A stretch of DNA of 63,558 nt, the filler included, from Chiloscyllium plagiosum (Eukaryota): NCBI RefSeq assembly GCF_004010195.1. It is 4 parts of one record of this genome, joined end to end, with 100 filler letters (N's around TTAATTAATTAA, not from the genome) between each part and the next. Parts side by side here need not be neighbours in the genome. Positions count along the whole stretch, not along the records: positions 1 to 18,860 come from NC_057715.1; positions 18,961 to 32,175 come from NC_057715.1; 2 more parts are not named here. One strand, 5' to 3'. How positions within the stretch are numbered: position 1 is the stretch's first letter; each line of letters starts with the position of its first letter. The notes under the pieces were generated by a model. The model had not been told where the DNA came from. It saw only the letters and a program-made list of their open reading frames with translations, and did no database searches. This document shows, piece by piece, positions 12,938 to 25,029 of the stretch. Position numbers and translations under genes: made by a program.

Positions 12938-14933
12938 TTTTGAAAGTTCTTGCCTAAAACCATCTAAATTGACCTTCCTTCAATTTAGAAGTTTAACTTT
13001 TAGATCCAGTCTATCCTGTTCCATCACTATTTTAAAGCAAATAGAATATGGTTGCTGGCCCCAAAGTGCTCCCTCACTGACACCTCAGTCACCTGCCCTG
13101 CCTTATTTCTCAAGAGTAGGTCAAGCTTTGCACCATCTCTAGTGGGTACATCCACATACTGAATCAGAAAATGTTCTTGTACACACGTAACAAATTCCTC
13201 TCCATCTAAGCTCTTAATACAATAGTAGTGTCTCAGTCCATGTTTGGAAAGTTAAAATCCCCTACCATTACCACCCTATTATTCTTACAGATAATTGAGA
13301 TCTTCTTTCAAATTTGTTTCTCAATTTCCCATTGACTATTCGGGGGTCTATAGTACAATCCCAATAAGGTAATCATCCCTTTCTTATTTTACAGTTCCAC
13401 CCAAGTAACTTCCCTGGACATTATCCTAGGAATATCCTCCCCAAGAACGGCTGTAATGTTATCCCTTATCAAAAACACCACTCCCCCTGTTAAGCTGCCA
13501 GCCCTGTCCATCCCTGAGCCACATTTCTGAAATCCCAGTCCCATGTTCCTAACCATGCCCTGAGTTCATCTGCCTTCCCTGTTCGGCCTCTTGCATTGGA
13601 ATAAATGCAATCTAATTTACATGGTTCTCTGCTTTGCTCCTGCCTGCCCTGACTGTTTGACCTGCTCCTTTTCCCAATTGTATCAGTCTCAGACTGATCT
13701 CTTTCCTCACTATCTCCTTGGGTCCTATCCCCCACCTTACTAGTTTAAATCCTCCCAAGCAGCTCTAGCTAATCTCCTTGCCAGTATATTAGTCCCCTTC
13801 CAATTCTGGTGCAATCTGTCCTTCTTATACAGGTCATTTCTACCACAGAATAGATTCCAATGATCCAATTATGTGAACCCTTCTCCCTTACATCAGCTCC
13901 TCAGCCACGCATTCATCCGCTCTATCCTCCTATTCCTATCCTCACTAGCTTGTAGCACTGGGAGTAATCCAGATATTACTACCCTGGAGGTCCTCCTTTT
14001 TATATTCTGGCCTAACTTCACACATTCTCCCTTCAGAATCTCATCCTTTTTCCTTCCTATGTCATTAGTTCCAATTTGTACAACAACAACCTGCTGGTCC
14101 CACTCCCCTTTAAGAATATTCTGCACTCTCACCGGGATATCTTTGATCCTGGCACTAGGGAGGAAACACACCATTCTGATTTCTCGCTATTTGCCGCAGA
14201 AATGTCTGTATGTGCCTCTGACCAGACTCCCCTATCACAATCGTTTGCTTGGAACCTGACGTACCCCTTGTTATATTAAAGCCAGTCTCAGTACCGGGCA
14301 CTTGGCTGTTTGTACTGCACCCCAGAGAGTCCATCATCCCCTACATATTCCAAAACATCACACTTGTTTGAGATGGGGATAGCCACAGGAGACTCCTGAA
14401 CTTCCTGCCTCTCTCCCCTACCTTTCCTACATGGTAACCCATCTACCTGACTATATCTGCAGTTATTCTCCCTTCCTATAACTGCCATCCATCACACCTC
14501 CTAGACCCTGTAAATTCCTTGTTGCCTCTGCAACTCCAATCGATCCATCCAATCTGATAGGATTCGCAATCAAACACACTTACTGCAGATATAATCCTTA
14601 GTAACATGGAAATTCTCCCTAATCTCCCAGATCTGACAGGAAAGCACAACACTCTACTAAAGGCCATCTTGCACATTAACAATCTACACAAAGTAGCACA
14701 ATCCTCCTGCTGTAAAAAAAACTGCTCCAGGCAAGCTTAGTACTTATGTTTTATATTTTTAAATTTTACCCAAGAGAAAAATCTCATTAAAATATATCAT
14801 TTCTAATATATGTATCACTTTTTGGAAAGTCTGTCAGTGGGATAGAAGAACTAGCACAGTTTAGTATTAGAGCTGAAAATGTGTTGCTGGAAAAGCGCAG
14901 CAGGTCAGGCAGCATCCAAGGAGCAGGAGAATC

Positions 14934-14961
14934 GACATTTCGGGCATGAGCCCTTCTTCAG
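14934..14961 (-). ncRNA. Minimal hammerhead ribozyme motif
   Basis: CUGAAGA-A-GGGC-UCAU-GCCC-GAAA-UGUC. Confidence 0.55.
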
Positions 14962-16465
14962 GAATGAGGAAAGTGTGCCAAGCAGGCTAAGATAAAAGGT
15001 AGGGAGGAGGGACTTGGGGGAGGGGCGTTGGAAATGCGATAGGTGGAAGGAGGTTAAGGTGAGGGTGATAAGGTGGGGGTTCGTCACCCTATTAGGTAAC
15101 ATCTTCAGTGGGCCTCAGGCGAAGCATTGCTGAAAATGACATCACCAACCCAAAGAAGCCCAAGAATATAAATAGAAAGCAGAAAATGAACCTTCCAGCT
15201 CAGTGAGCAAACCTACGTCCACTTACACGGTACCCAGGAAAGACCTAAAGACAGAGCTAAGATGAGCAAGGAGGGGACATAAGAAGTTGTTGATGGATAG
15301 GATCAGGGAAAACCCTAAAGCTTTCTATTGGTATATAAGGGATAAAACAATGACTAGAATAAGATTAGGGCCAGTCAAGGACAGTAGTAAGAAGTTGTAC
15401 GTGGATTCAGAGGAGAAAGGGGAAGCACTAATTGAATATTTTTCGTCAGTACTCACACTGGAAAAAGACAATGTTGTCGAGGAGAATACTGAGAAACAGG
15501 CTACTAGACAAGATAGGATTGACGTTCACAAGGAGGAGGTATCAGAAATTCTGGAAAGTGTGAAAATAGATAAATCCCCTTGGCTGGATGGGATTTATCC
15601 TAGGATTCTCTGGGAAGCCAGGGAGGAGATTGCCGAGCCTTTGACTTTGATCATGATGTAAAAACAATGAATGCAGATGCTGGAAACCAGATTCTGGATT
15701 AGTGGTGCTGGAAGAGCACAGCAGTTCAGGCAGCATCCAAGGAGCTTCGAAATCGACGTTTTGGGCAAAAGCCCTTCATGAAAAGCCCTTTCTGATGAAT
15801 GGCTTTTGCCCGAAACGTCGATTTCGAAGCTCCTTGGATGCTGCCTGAACTGCTGTGCTCTTCCAGCACCACTAATCCAGAATCTGGTTTCCAGCATCTG
15901 CATTCATTGTTTTTACATCATGATCAAAGTCAAAGGCTCGGCAATCTCCTCCCTGGCTTCCCAGAGAATCCTAGGATAAATCCCATCCAGCCAAGGGGAT
16001 TTATCTATTTTCACACTTTCCAGAATTTCTGATACCTCCTCCTTGTGAACGTCAATCCTATCTTGTCTAGTAGCCTGTTTCTCAGTATTCTCCTCGACAA
16101 CATTGTCTTTTTCCAGTGTGAGTACTGACGAAAAATATTCAATTAGTGCTTCCCCTTTCTCCTCTGAATCCACGTACAACTTCTTACTACTGTCCTTGAC
16201 TGGCCCTAATCTTATTCTAGTCATTGTTTTATCCCTTATATACCAATAGAAAGCTTTAGGGTTTTCCCTGATCCTATCCATCAACAACTTCTTATGTCCC
16301 CTCCTTGCTCATCTTAGCTCTGTCTTTAGGTCTTTCCTGGGTACCGTGTAAGTGGACGTAGGTTTGCTCACTGAGCTGGAAGGTTCATTTTCTGCTTTCT
16401 ATTTATATTCTTGGGCTTCTTTGGGTTGGTGATGTCATTTTCAGCAATGCTTCGCCTGAGGCCCA

Positions 16466-16499
16466 CTGAAGATGTTACCTAATAGGGTGACGAAACATC
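16466..16499 (+). ncRNA. Minimal hammerhead ribozyme motif (Poseidon-type PLE)
   Basis: CUGAAGA-U-GUUACC-UAAUAG-GGUGAC-GAAA-CAUC. Confidence 0.6.
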
Positions 16500-16500
16500 T

Positions 16501-16704
16501 CTTCCTCCCTCTCACCTTAACCTCCTTCCACCTATCGCATTTCCAACGCCCCTCCCCCAAGTCCCTCCTCCCTACCTTTTATCTTAGCCTGCTTGGCACA
16601 CTTTCCTCATTCCTGAAGATGGGCTCATGCCAGAAACGTCGATTCTCCTGCTTCTTGGATGCTGCCTGACCTGCTGCACTTTTCCAGCAACACATTTTCA
16701 GCTC
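16501..16704 (+). mobile_element. PLE-tail insertion with 13-bp TSD, inside another PLE terminal repeat
   Basis: TSD tgacgaaacatct at 16488-16500 and 16705-16717. Confidence 0.75.
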
Positions 16705-17068
16705 TGACGAAACATCTGGAAATGAACCATTCAGCTCAGTGAGCAAACCTACTTCCAGAACTCTCAATCGCCCTCACTGAGCTTCACATTTCATCCTAAT
16801 ATAAGCCTTCTTCTTCCCCTTAACAAGAGATTCAACTTCCTAAGTAAACCACTGCTCAACAACTTCTTCCCTGTCTGACAGGTACATACGTATCAAGGAC
16901 ACACAGTAGCTTTTCCTCGAATAATCTCCACATTTCAACTGTGCCCATCCCCTGCAGTTTCCTTCACCATCCTACGCATCCTAAGTCTTGTCTAATCACA
17001 TCGTGTATTAGTCAGGGTAAATATAGGGTAGGGGAATGGGTCTGGGTGGGTTACTCTTCACAAAAAAA

Positions 17069-17400
17069 GGGGGCGGCATGGTGGCTCAGCAGTTGCTGCC
17101 TCACAGGACCAGGGACCCAGGTTTGATTCCTGCCTCAGGCGACTGCCTGTGTGGAGTTTGCACATTCTTCCTATCTCTGTGTGGGTTTCCTCCGGGTGCT
17201 CCGGTTTCCTCCCACAATCCAAAGATGCGCAGGTCAGGTGAATTGGCCATGCTAAATTGCCCATAGTATAAGGTGCATTTGTCAGGGGTAAATGTAGGCT
17301 ACGGGAATGGATCTGGTTGGGTTGCTCTTCAGAGGGTCGGTATGGACTTGTTGGGCCAAAGGGCCTGCTTCCATGCTGTAGGGAATCTAACCTCATCTAA
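17069..17400 (+). mobile_element. HE1/V-SINE-type SINE, preceded by a partial SINE tail from about 17003
   Basis: Full head, V-domain and tail. Confidence 0.9.
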
Positions 17401-18860
17401 ATCGTAATTGCCTTTCTCCCCGCTGTAGCTCTTGCCCCCTCGGTGTATACCTACCCCTTTGCATCGCTAAAGTAAACATAACTAAATTGTGGTCACTATT
17501 ACCAAAGTGCTCATCTACCTCCAAATCTAACACCTGGCCAGGTTCATTACACAGTACCAAATCTAATGTGGCCTTCCCCTTGTTGGCCTGTGCCAGAAAG
17601 CCCTCCTGCACACATTAGGCAAAAATTGATCCATCTAACGTACTTGAACTATAGTATTCCCAGTCAATATTTGGGAAGTTAAAGTCCTCCATAATAAGTA
17701 CCATGTCACTCTCGCTCTTATTGAGAATTATCTTTGTAATCCTTTCCTCTACATCTCTGGAACTACTCAGAGGCCTATAGAAAACTCCCAACAGGGCAAC
17801 CTCTCCTTTCCTGTTTCTAACCTCAGCCCATACTATGTCAGTAGACGAGTCCTCAAATGTCCTTTCTGCCACTGTAATACTGTCCTTGACTAACAATGCC
17901 AGCCCCCACTTCTTTTACCATCTTCCCTGTTCTTACTGAAACATCTAAATCCCGGAAACTGCAACAACCATTCCTGTCCCTGCTCTATCCTGGTCTCCGA
18001 AATGACCACAACATGGAAATCCCAGGTACCAACCAATGCTGCAAGGTCACCCACCTTATTCTGGATGTTCCTGGCATTGAAATAGACACACTTCAAGCCA
18101 ACTTCTTGCTTTCCAGTGCCTTCTTGTGACCCTGAAACCTTATTTTGGATTTCCCTATGCTCAACCTCCTCTATACTCAAACTACAATTCAGATTCCCAT
18201 CCCCTACTGAATTATTTAAGCCCACCCAAAGAGTATTAGCAAATTTCCTCCCCAGGATATTGGTCCCTCCCCTCTGGTTCAGGTGAAGACCATCCTGTTT
18301 GTAGAGGTCCCACCTACCCCACAAAGAGCTCCAATTATCCAGGAATCCAAAACCCACCCTCCCTGCACCATCCCTGTAGCCACGTGTTCAAGTCTCTCTC
18401 TCTATTCCTCGCCTCCCTAGCACATGGCAAGGGCAACAAACCAGAGATAACAACTGTTTGACCTAGCTCTAAGCTTCCACCCTAGCTCCCTGAATTCCTG
18501 CCTGAAATCCCCATCTCTCTTCTGACCTATGTCCTTGGTGCCTATGTGGACCACAACCCAGGGCTGCTCCCCCTCCCTCGCAAGGATCCCAAAAAACACA
18601 ATCAGAGGCATCACAAACCCTGGGAGCTGGGAGGCAACACACCAACCATGAGACTCTCTCATTCCCACAGAACATCCTGTCAGTTCCCCTAGCAGACCCT
18701 CTGCTCCTCTTCCCCCTTCCCTTCTCAGCATTAGAGACAGATTCTGTACCAAAGACCTGTGCCCCATTGCTTACCCCTAGTAAGTCCCACCCACCACCTG
18801 CAAAATAGTACCCAAATCAATATACTTATTTTTTAGATTAGATTAGATTAGATTAGATTA

Positions 18861-18960
18861 NNNNNNNNNNNNNNNNNNNNNNNNNNNNNNNNNNNNNNNN
18901 NNNNTTAATTAATTAANNNNNNNNNNNNNNNNNNNNNNNNNNNNNNNNNNNNNNNNNNNN
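18861..18960. other. Assembly gap with artificial six-frame-stop linker
   Basis: N44-TTAATTAATTAA-N44. Confidence 0.95.
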
Positions 18961-19741
18961 AAGCTTCTAGGAGTATCTGCCTCTCCCTATAGCTCTGCAG
19001 CCGGAACAGGACCGGGCGTGGACGCTGGTTCGAGCCGGGCCTGCGTATTGCGACCCGGTAGGCCCATTCTACCCTTACCTGGCCTGATCCAGCTTCCAGA
19101 TTTAAAAGTTGTGGCAGCCACTGCTCCAAGAATGCTGTAAGCTGGCCTTCCTCTTCCCGTTCAGGAAGGCCCAGCAAACTAATATTTTTTCGACGACCTC
19201 GATTATCGAGGTCGTCAATGTAATTCTCTAAGGTCCCGACTCGCTGTTCGAGAGTCCAGACCTGATCCACGGCCGATTGAGCTGCAGTTTCAGAGGTCAC
19301 GGCCTTTAACTCCACCCCTCCGACTCGGCGCTCAATTTCTTGGATGTCTCGGTCGTGCTTCTGCAGCGCGGCCGAGAGTGAGTCCCATCGATTTCGGGAC
19401 TCCTCGATGAAAGCGTCGATCTTCACGTCCAGCTTGGAGATCATCTCTACAAGGCTTGTCATTGTAGGTAAGTCCCCTGGGGCGGCTGTGGACGCCTCTG
19501 CTGCAGCTGAAGAGGGTGGGGGAGGGGGTCCTGCTTGTTGAGAGCTGCGGGCTCCCTTCCCTTTAGTCATTTTAATTAAAGATTTGATTGTTTAAGTTTA
19601 ATATTAAACAACTAATTAAATTATACGACTATTATAAATGATTTGGTGAGTGTGGTGGGGGTGGGTGACCCACTTTACCCAAGTCTTGGGAGGAGCACTG
19701 CAGACTCAGACTTGCTGGGTCGCCACCATCTTGGATCCCCC
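18961..19741 (-). mobile_element. L1-clade LINE 5' end: 5' UTR plus ORF1, truncated by the gap
   Basis: Open ORF from ATG 19570 with coiled coil and LDNRGRRKNISLLGLPE..RPRPVLFRL (L1 ORF1p RRM). The 5' terminus reads GGGGGATCCAAGATGG. Confidence 0.88.
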
Positions 19742-20427
19742 TTGGTTAGCGTATGTATAAGTTAAGTGCATGTGTAAGGTTACCCATTTTGGTTGCAACA
19801 GACAAATATCAATATTTTCTTCATGATGAAAGCTCTCAAATGGAACAAGTACTGATGCAATGATGTTTGAAAAGCTTTAGGATTGCTTAGCACCTCAACT
19901 TAATTCAGTTTTGAAAATTAAAATGTAAATTATAATACACTTACTGATCAGACATTTACTCATTTCTATATTATTAAAATCTCAGTTTATTAATGTGTTT
20001 TCTTTGCAGAGTGATAGGCAATATAAAAATAAAGACAAGGCTTGTTTCTTGAGGATAATATATACTTTCCTCAATAAAGTATGCATTTTTCAATAAAATT
20101 CAAGCAGTGGGCCAGCAGACTTTAAAAATAAGTCACTAACTTTTAGAGTTGGATATTCACTGATAAGTAGTCTATCATTGCATATCATAAAACATACATC
20201 ATATCATCTGGGGCTAAGATGCCAAATGAGCACTTGTGGCAGTACAGTACTACATCTTTGTGGAAATCAACAGAGTAGAAACCATCGAATATCAACTACA
20301 GCCTATCAGATCTTTCCAACTCAATGTGAAGAAGCAAAAGGTAATTTATACCTTCCTTTGGGAAGGAAATAGAAAAGAGAAATAGGAGAAGGTGGTGGTT
20401 GGTATTAGCAAGAGATAAGTACAAAGC

Positions 20428-20856
20428 AACCAAAAAGAACCCACTCTACTCACTATTTAAAAAAAGACAGTAGGTTCCTCCAAGGTCAGCTGTGAATTTC
20501 ATTGTCTGTTAATTTTTCTTAGATGTATTCCAATGTCCAGAAATACTTGAACTCAAACAGCAAAGGCAGCAGCTGCGCAGATTCACTGCTGCATCAGTCA
20601 GCAATGTAGGTTTCTTTCTCGCTCTCTCTCTCTCTCTCTCTCTCACTGACCATGTGGTCTCTTCCTTATTTTAAAAGTTCTGTTGTTTTGATCTTTTTTC
20701 CCCAAAGTTTGAAAACAATGCAACAGCTTGTCAAACAGCAACTACTGATCCTGGAATTTGAGGAAATCTCCTCCAACACCTAAAATACCTCAAAAAAGAA
20801 GCAGCTCTTACAACCACAATTTTTTTCCCATCCTCCATCTTGGATTACCCAGATCC
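20428..20856 (-). mobile_element. CR1 5' UTR, including a (CT)n tract
   Basis: Homologous to 51110-51545, which lies upstream of a CR1 ORF1. Confidence 0.75.
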
Positions 20857-21148
20857 CTTTAGGACCTCCTATGAGGCAGCAATGCTAATCACTGTTCTAA
20901 TTTCAACTGCATATGTTTTGCCAGAATTTGCTGTTAAACGTACACTTTGACCAAGGTGAGCACTAGTAGTCTCACTATTATATTGTCACCATTATTTGGA
21001 ATTCTACTTTACATCTATAACTTCATCACAAAAGATCAATGATCTTACACATTATTTCTCTCAGATACTGCCTGACCTACTCACTTTTTATAACATTCTC
21101 TGTTCTTAACTGCATATAAGCTAAAATCTATTTTTCTTTTTGTATTTG

Positions 21149-21628
21149 TGGTGAAACGGTTAAAAATTATGTCCCAATACATGTGTGAATCTAACCGGAA
21201 TGGAGGTGTTGCTTAGTCCCGTGTGAATCTTATTACACACCTCCCCGTGTGAATCTTCTTATCTGTATGTAACCAGAATGGAATGTGTTTTTTAGCCTTG
21301 CTCTGCTGTTCACATGAATGTTTATATCTGGAAAAGAGTATATCAGCTGGAAAAGTCTCCAGTTCGGGGAGTCTGCTCCGGGGTTACGTTTAACCGCCGA
21401 GCGTGGGTTGTTGGCAACCGCTCTACGAGAACTGACGGCTCCCAGTTCCGGTAACATGTAGAGTGAGTATAAGCCAGACCCGTTGTAAGTATGAGACCTG
21501 GTTGTGGCGACGCTGCGGGGAATAAAATGCTCATATTCTAGCAGACTCGCCTCTTGGTCGTTTGTTCTGTGTCAGACTACTCTCCTACGAACCTGACCTT
21601 GAGAATTTTTTAAAACAGTATTTCACCA
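21149..21628 (+). mobile_element. Putative solo LTR
   Basis: Inverted termini TGGTGAAA..TTTCACCA, TATAA at 21468, AATAAA at 21521, CpG-rich; no TSD seen. Confidence 0.5.
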
Positions 21629-21682
21629 GCCTGGGTGATCCGGATATTTGAGAACGAATAATACTGTAAGAGATTACATTAT

Positions 21683-21880
21683 ACAGAGAGCTGTCGGGGC
21701 AGAGTCCTTGTGTGTACTTAAGGCTGAGATAGAAAGATTCTTGATCAGTAGGGGAACAAAGGTTATGGGGAAAGGGCAGAAAAGTAAACATAAAGAATGT
21801 CACATCAGCCATGATTCTATTGGAGCAGGTTTGAGGGGCTGAACGGCCCACGGATATTCCTATTTCTTATAGTCCATAGT
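21683..21880 (+). mobile_element. CR1 3' tail
   Basis: Homologous to 32350-32565. Confidence 0.7.
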
Positions 21881-22514
21881 CTCGCATTTCATCAAAACCA
21901 GAATTTAATTTTATCCATATTGTTGGGTGAAGAGCTCTCCTTACAGCAAGTAGATTCTTAATGAGAATGACCAGTTTATCAGCTCTCATAGCTCCTAGAC
22001 TTGATCAATTACCACACAGGATGGCTCTTTCACTCCCAGAGGTCAGCCTGGAGACAGGAATGGCACTTAATGAGAGGGGATGATTGAGTATCCAAACTCT
22101 GCTCTCTTCCTACATGAATCAGAATTAAATTCTTGGTAGAAGGGCTCATGGCCTGACTTTCCTGCTCCAATATCAACTAAGGTCCTTAAATGGTCAATTA
22201 AGGACCAGGTAAGGTCCTCTGGATATATTGCTGGGATGAACTAGTGTCAAGTGGACCTAACGCCATGACCCTATTCAACTGCAGCAATGTGACTTTAAGA
22301 TTGCCAATAGCCTGAAACTAGACACAGCAATTCGAGTCAGATTCAAGTAAGAAACAAATTTTACCCCAGGTGAATATTGAAAAGTGTTCAGTGAAGGATT
22401 AAAAATGTGCAATAACTCTCACAATGCAACATGTTTCAAGGGAAACCTAGAATGAATGTGGTATTCCCACTAGCTGCTTTCTTACAGGTAGCTTGTCACT
22501 TCATAAACGCAGGG

Positions 22515-22605
22515 TCAAGACTGAGATGCTGGAAAAGCACAGCAGGTCAGGCAGCATCCAAGGAGCAGGAGAATCGACGTTTTGGGCAAGAGCCCTTCAT
22601 CGGGG
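22515..22605 (-). mobile_element. PLE-tail fragment with decayed hammerhead
   Basis: Same family as 14869-14965. Confidence 0.75.
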
Positions 22606-23089
22606 AATTTTCACCAAGACAATCAATGCCTGATTGAGGGATTGAACATTGAGCAGAGGATGATGGCTAAGAGCCTTTCCTTTCACCTTCTTTCACTGCA
22701 ACTACAACCTCCCTTACTTCACCTTGTCCTGGGACTTCTTCTGGCAGCAGCCAGGACCTCTTCCCTGACGTTGCTGAGTGCAAGAAATGTCAGCCTCTGA
22801 TTACCTGGCAGCTCTCTGAGCAGGCCATCCACGTATGCGGTCTTGAATCAAGAGGAAGGCCCATTAGCGGCCTCACCACTGCCTGACCAGTGTGTAGTTC
22901 AGCAAAACCTCCCTGAAATATTTCTCCAGCCAACAGGCAAAATTCAATACATGACAACAAGATTCTACCCATAAAGCAAAACATCTTACTGCTGCCATTG
23001 AAGGGTTATTCTACAGTTACATTAGATGTTGGATGTGATGTATCAAAAATGTATGTGACAGTTAACATTGAAATTAATTGAAAGCAGTG

Positions 23090-23752
23090 TCAAAGACAGG
23101 GAGGTGAAGAAGATATTTAGCATGCTGGTCTTCATCAGATCAGGCAATGAGTATAGGAGTTAAGACATTATGTTACAGTTGTATAAGTCATTGGTGAGGC
23201 CGCACTTGGAGAAATGTGTACAGTTTTGGTCACCTTCTTATTGGAATTATCTAGTTAAACTGGAAAGGGTGCAAAGAAGCTTTACAAGGATATTGCCTGG
23301 ACTAGTAGGCCTCAGTTCTAGAGAGATGTTGGCCAGGATAGAACTTTATTCCTTGGAACATAGGAGAATGAGGAGTGACCTTATTGAGGTGTATAAAGTC
23401 ATGAGGGGCATAGATGGGATGAATGCACGTAGTCTTTTTCCCAGGGATGGTGAATTGAAAACTAGAGAGCATAGATTTAAGTTTGAGAGGGGCAAGATTT
23501 AAGGAGGACCTGAAGGGCAACTTCTACATGCAGAGACTGGTGCATATATGGAATGGGCTGCCACAGAAAGTGGTTGAGACAGGTATAGAAGCAACATTTA
23601 AAAAACATTTGCATAGATGGGAAGGATGAAGAAGGATATGGACCAAATGCGGGCAACTGGAACTAGCTGAGTGGACACCATGGTCAACATGGACCAATTT
23701 GGGCTAAAGGGCCCGTTTCCATTCTATATTACTTTAGGACTCTATAACTCTA
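23090..23752 (+). mobile_element. CR1 LINE 3' portion
   Basis: LYKSLVRPHLE.CVQFWSP..LERVQR..RSDLIEVYK. Confidence 0.9.
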
Positions 23753-23877
23753 ATTGAGGTTGAAAATGTGAAATCAATAGGTAAATGTGTACTTTTGTAG
23801 AACAGCAAACTGTCCTACCAATGCATGAAATTTCTGAAGTTGAATCATCACTTAATAATCACAACAGACTTACTTAC

Positions 23878-24142
23878 CAAAAGAAACTTGATATTTGTTA
23901 AGTTGAGTTTCATGCTGCTTGGCTTGTTCATAAATGACATTTGCATAGTTGGTCAATGCATCAGCATAATCTCTGCAATCAAATGGTATGATGATAGAGT
24001 CGGCTATCTCATAAACCAGTCCTCCTCGGATCTGGGCCACCGTAAGAATTTTCTTAAAGGTTGGGTCATAAAACCTCTCCACTATCTCAAATGTTTCATA
24101 AGCACTGTGATATACTGGGTAATTGCTGAATTTGGCAGTTCT
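23878..24142 (-). CDS. NAALAD2: GCPII/III exon (FOLH1 exon 16 equivalent)
   Basis: ttccAG..GTAAGT, 265 bp, in phase with the previous exon. [60 protein letters not shown]...QVSF includes the YH zinc-ligand motif. Confidence 0.95.
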
Positions 24143-25029
24143 CTGGAACACACAAGGAATACCAGATACAATTAGACAACATTATGAAGTGAGAATCAAC
24201 TACATATTGAAAGCAAATCCATCTTCATCAATTCACATTTGTAAGGTCCAGACACTAAAAACATTTGAAATAATTACTGTAAATACTGAAAACGCTCAGC
24301 AGACCAGACAGTATCTTTGGAATGTAGAGGATAATATTGATATTTTAGGTAATGAGCATTTGTCAGAGCTGGAAGATGCTTCAGGAAACTGGAGACCTTG
24401 AGTCAAAGAAAAAAAAGGAAGAAAATAATTTGCCTATAATTAAGTGAAAGAGCATCATTAATTAAATGATAGAAATGAACATAGTATAAGACAAAGTAGC
24501 AACAAATAGATGAATATAATATGCTTCTGAGACCTGAGGATATCTAAATGGCTATTAAAGAGGAGCAGAAAGGAAGGAAAAAAACTTTAAAATGGAAACA
24601 AAGTGCAGATAGAGGCTATTTAAGCCCATTGAGTCTGCACCACTCCTCCGAAGAGCATCCCACCAGGACCCAAACCCCATCCTCAGGTAAAGCTCCCCTT
24701 TAAATATGCTGTTATTATCCTGTTGAAGAAAACCCAAACTAACATTCTGTTGGTGCATGTACTGCTCCATCTCTAATTTCACTTCCTTTCCAAAATCATT
24801 GATGATGTTGTCAACTTAAAGGATCTCTGCCCATCTTCCCTTGAATTTCATTTAAACTTTCTCCAAATCAGGTTTCTGCCTCTGTCACCATACTGGAGCA
24901 GAATTTAAAAAAATCAAAATCACTGTTAAGGTTGAGTCATATTTGACTTTGATGTGAGCTTTTGATCATGTCTCCACACTATCACTAAGAATGTTTAGTT
25001 CCAAATCATTGCCCATTCCTGCCCTCCAC

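Larger units (their letters stand above)
10325..14798 (-). mobile_element. Near full-length degenerate CR1 LINE (ORF1 Zn-finger/SGNH esterase, ORF2 EN-RT)
   Basis: ORF pieces include SKFADD, DFSKAF.KVP, KENP.GFYKYI, VVVVQIGTNDIG and SGLLPV; multiple frameshifts and nested insertions. Confidence 0.9.
14869..16705. repeat. 1.84-kb inverted repeat (palindrome) centred at 15787
   Basis: Mirror ORFs 15287..15661(+) and 15913..16287(-) are identical. Outer ORFs 14905..15102(-) and 16472..16669(+) lie in the same register. Confidence 0.92.
15915..18830 (-). mobile_element. CR1 LINE 5' portion (ORF1 esterase and ORF2 endonuclease), interrupted by PLE and SINE insertions
   Basis: VVVHIGTKDIG, DGLHLN, YFNARNI, SETR, GVFYRP, DFNFP, LDLVL..NSDHN and RENPKAFY motifs. 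Confidence 0.85.

Noticed and set aside
21180..21260. KIHTG repeats on the - strand suggesting C2H2 zinc-finger linkers
   Set aside because: No C-x2-C spacing or 84-bp periodicity; better explained as LTR internal repeats.
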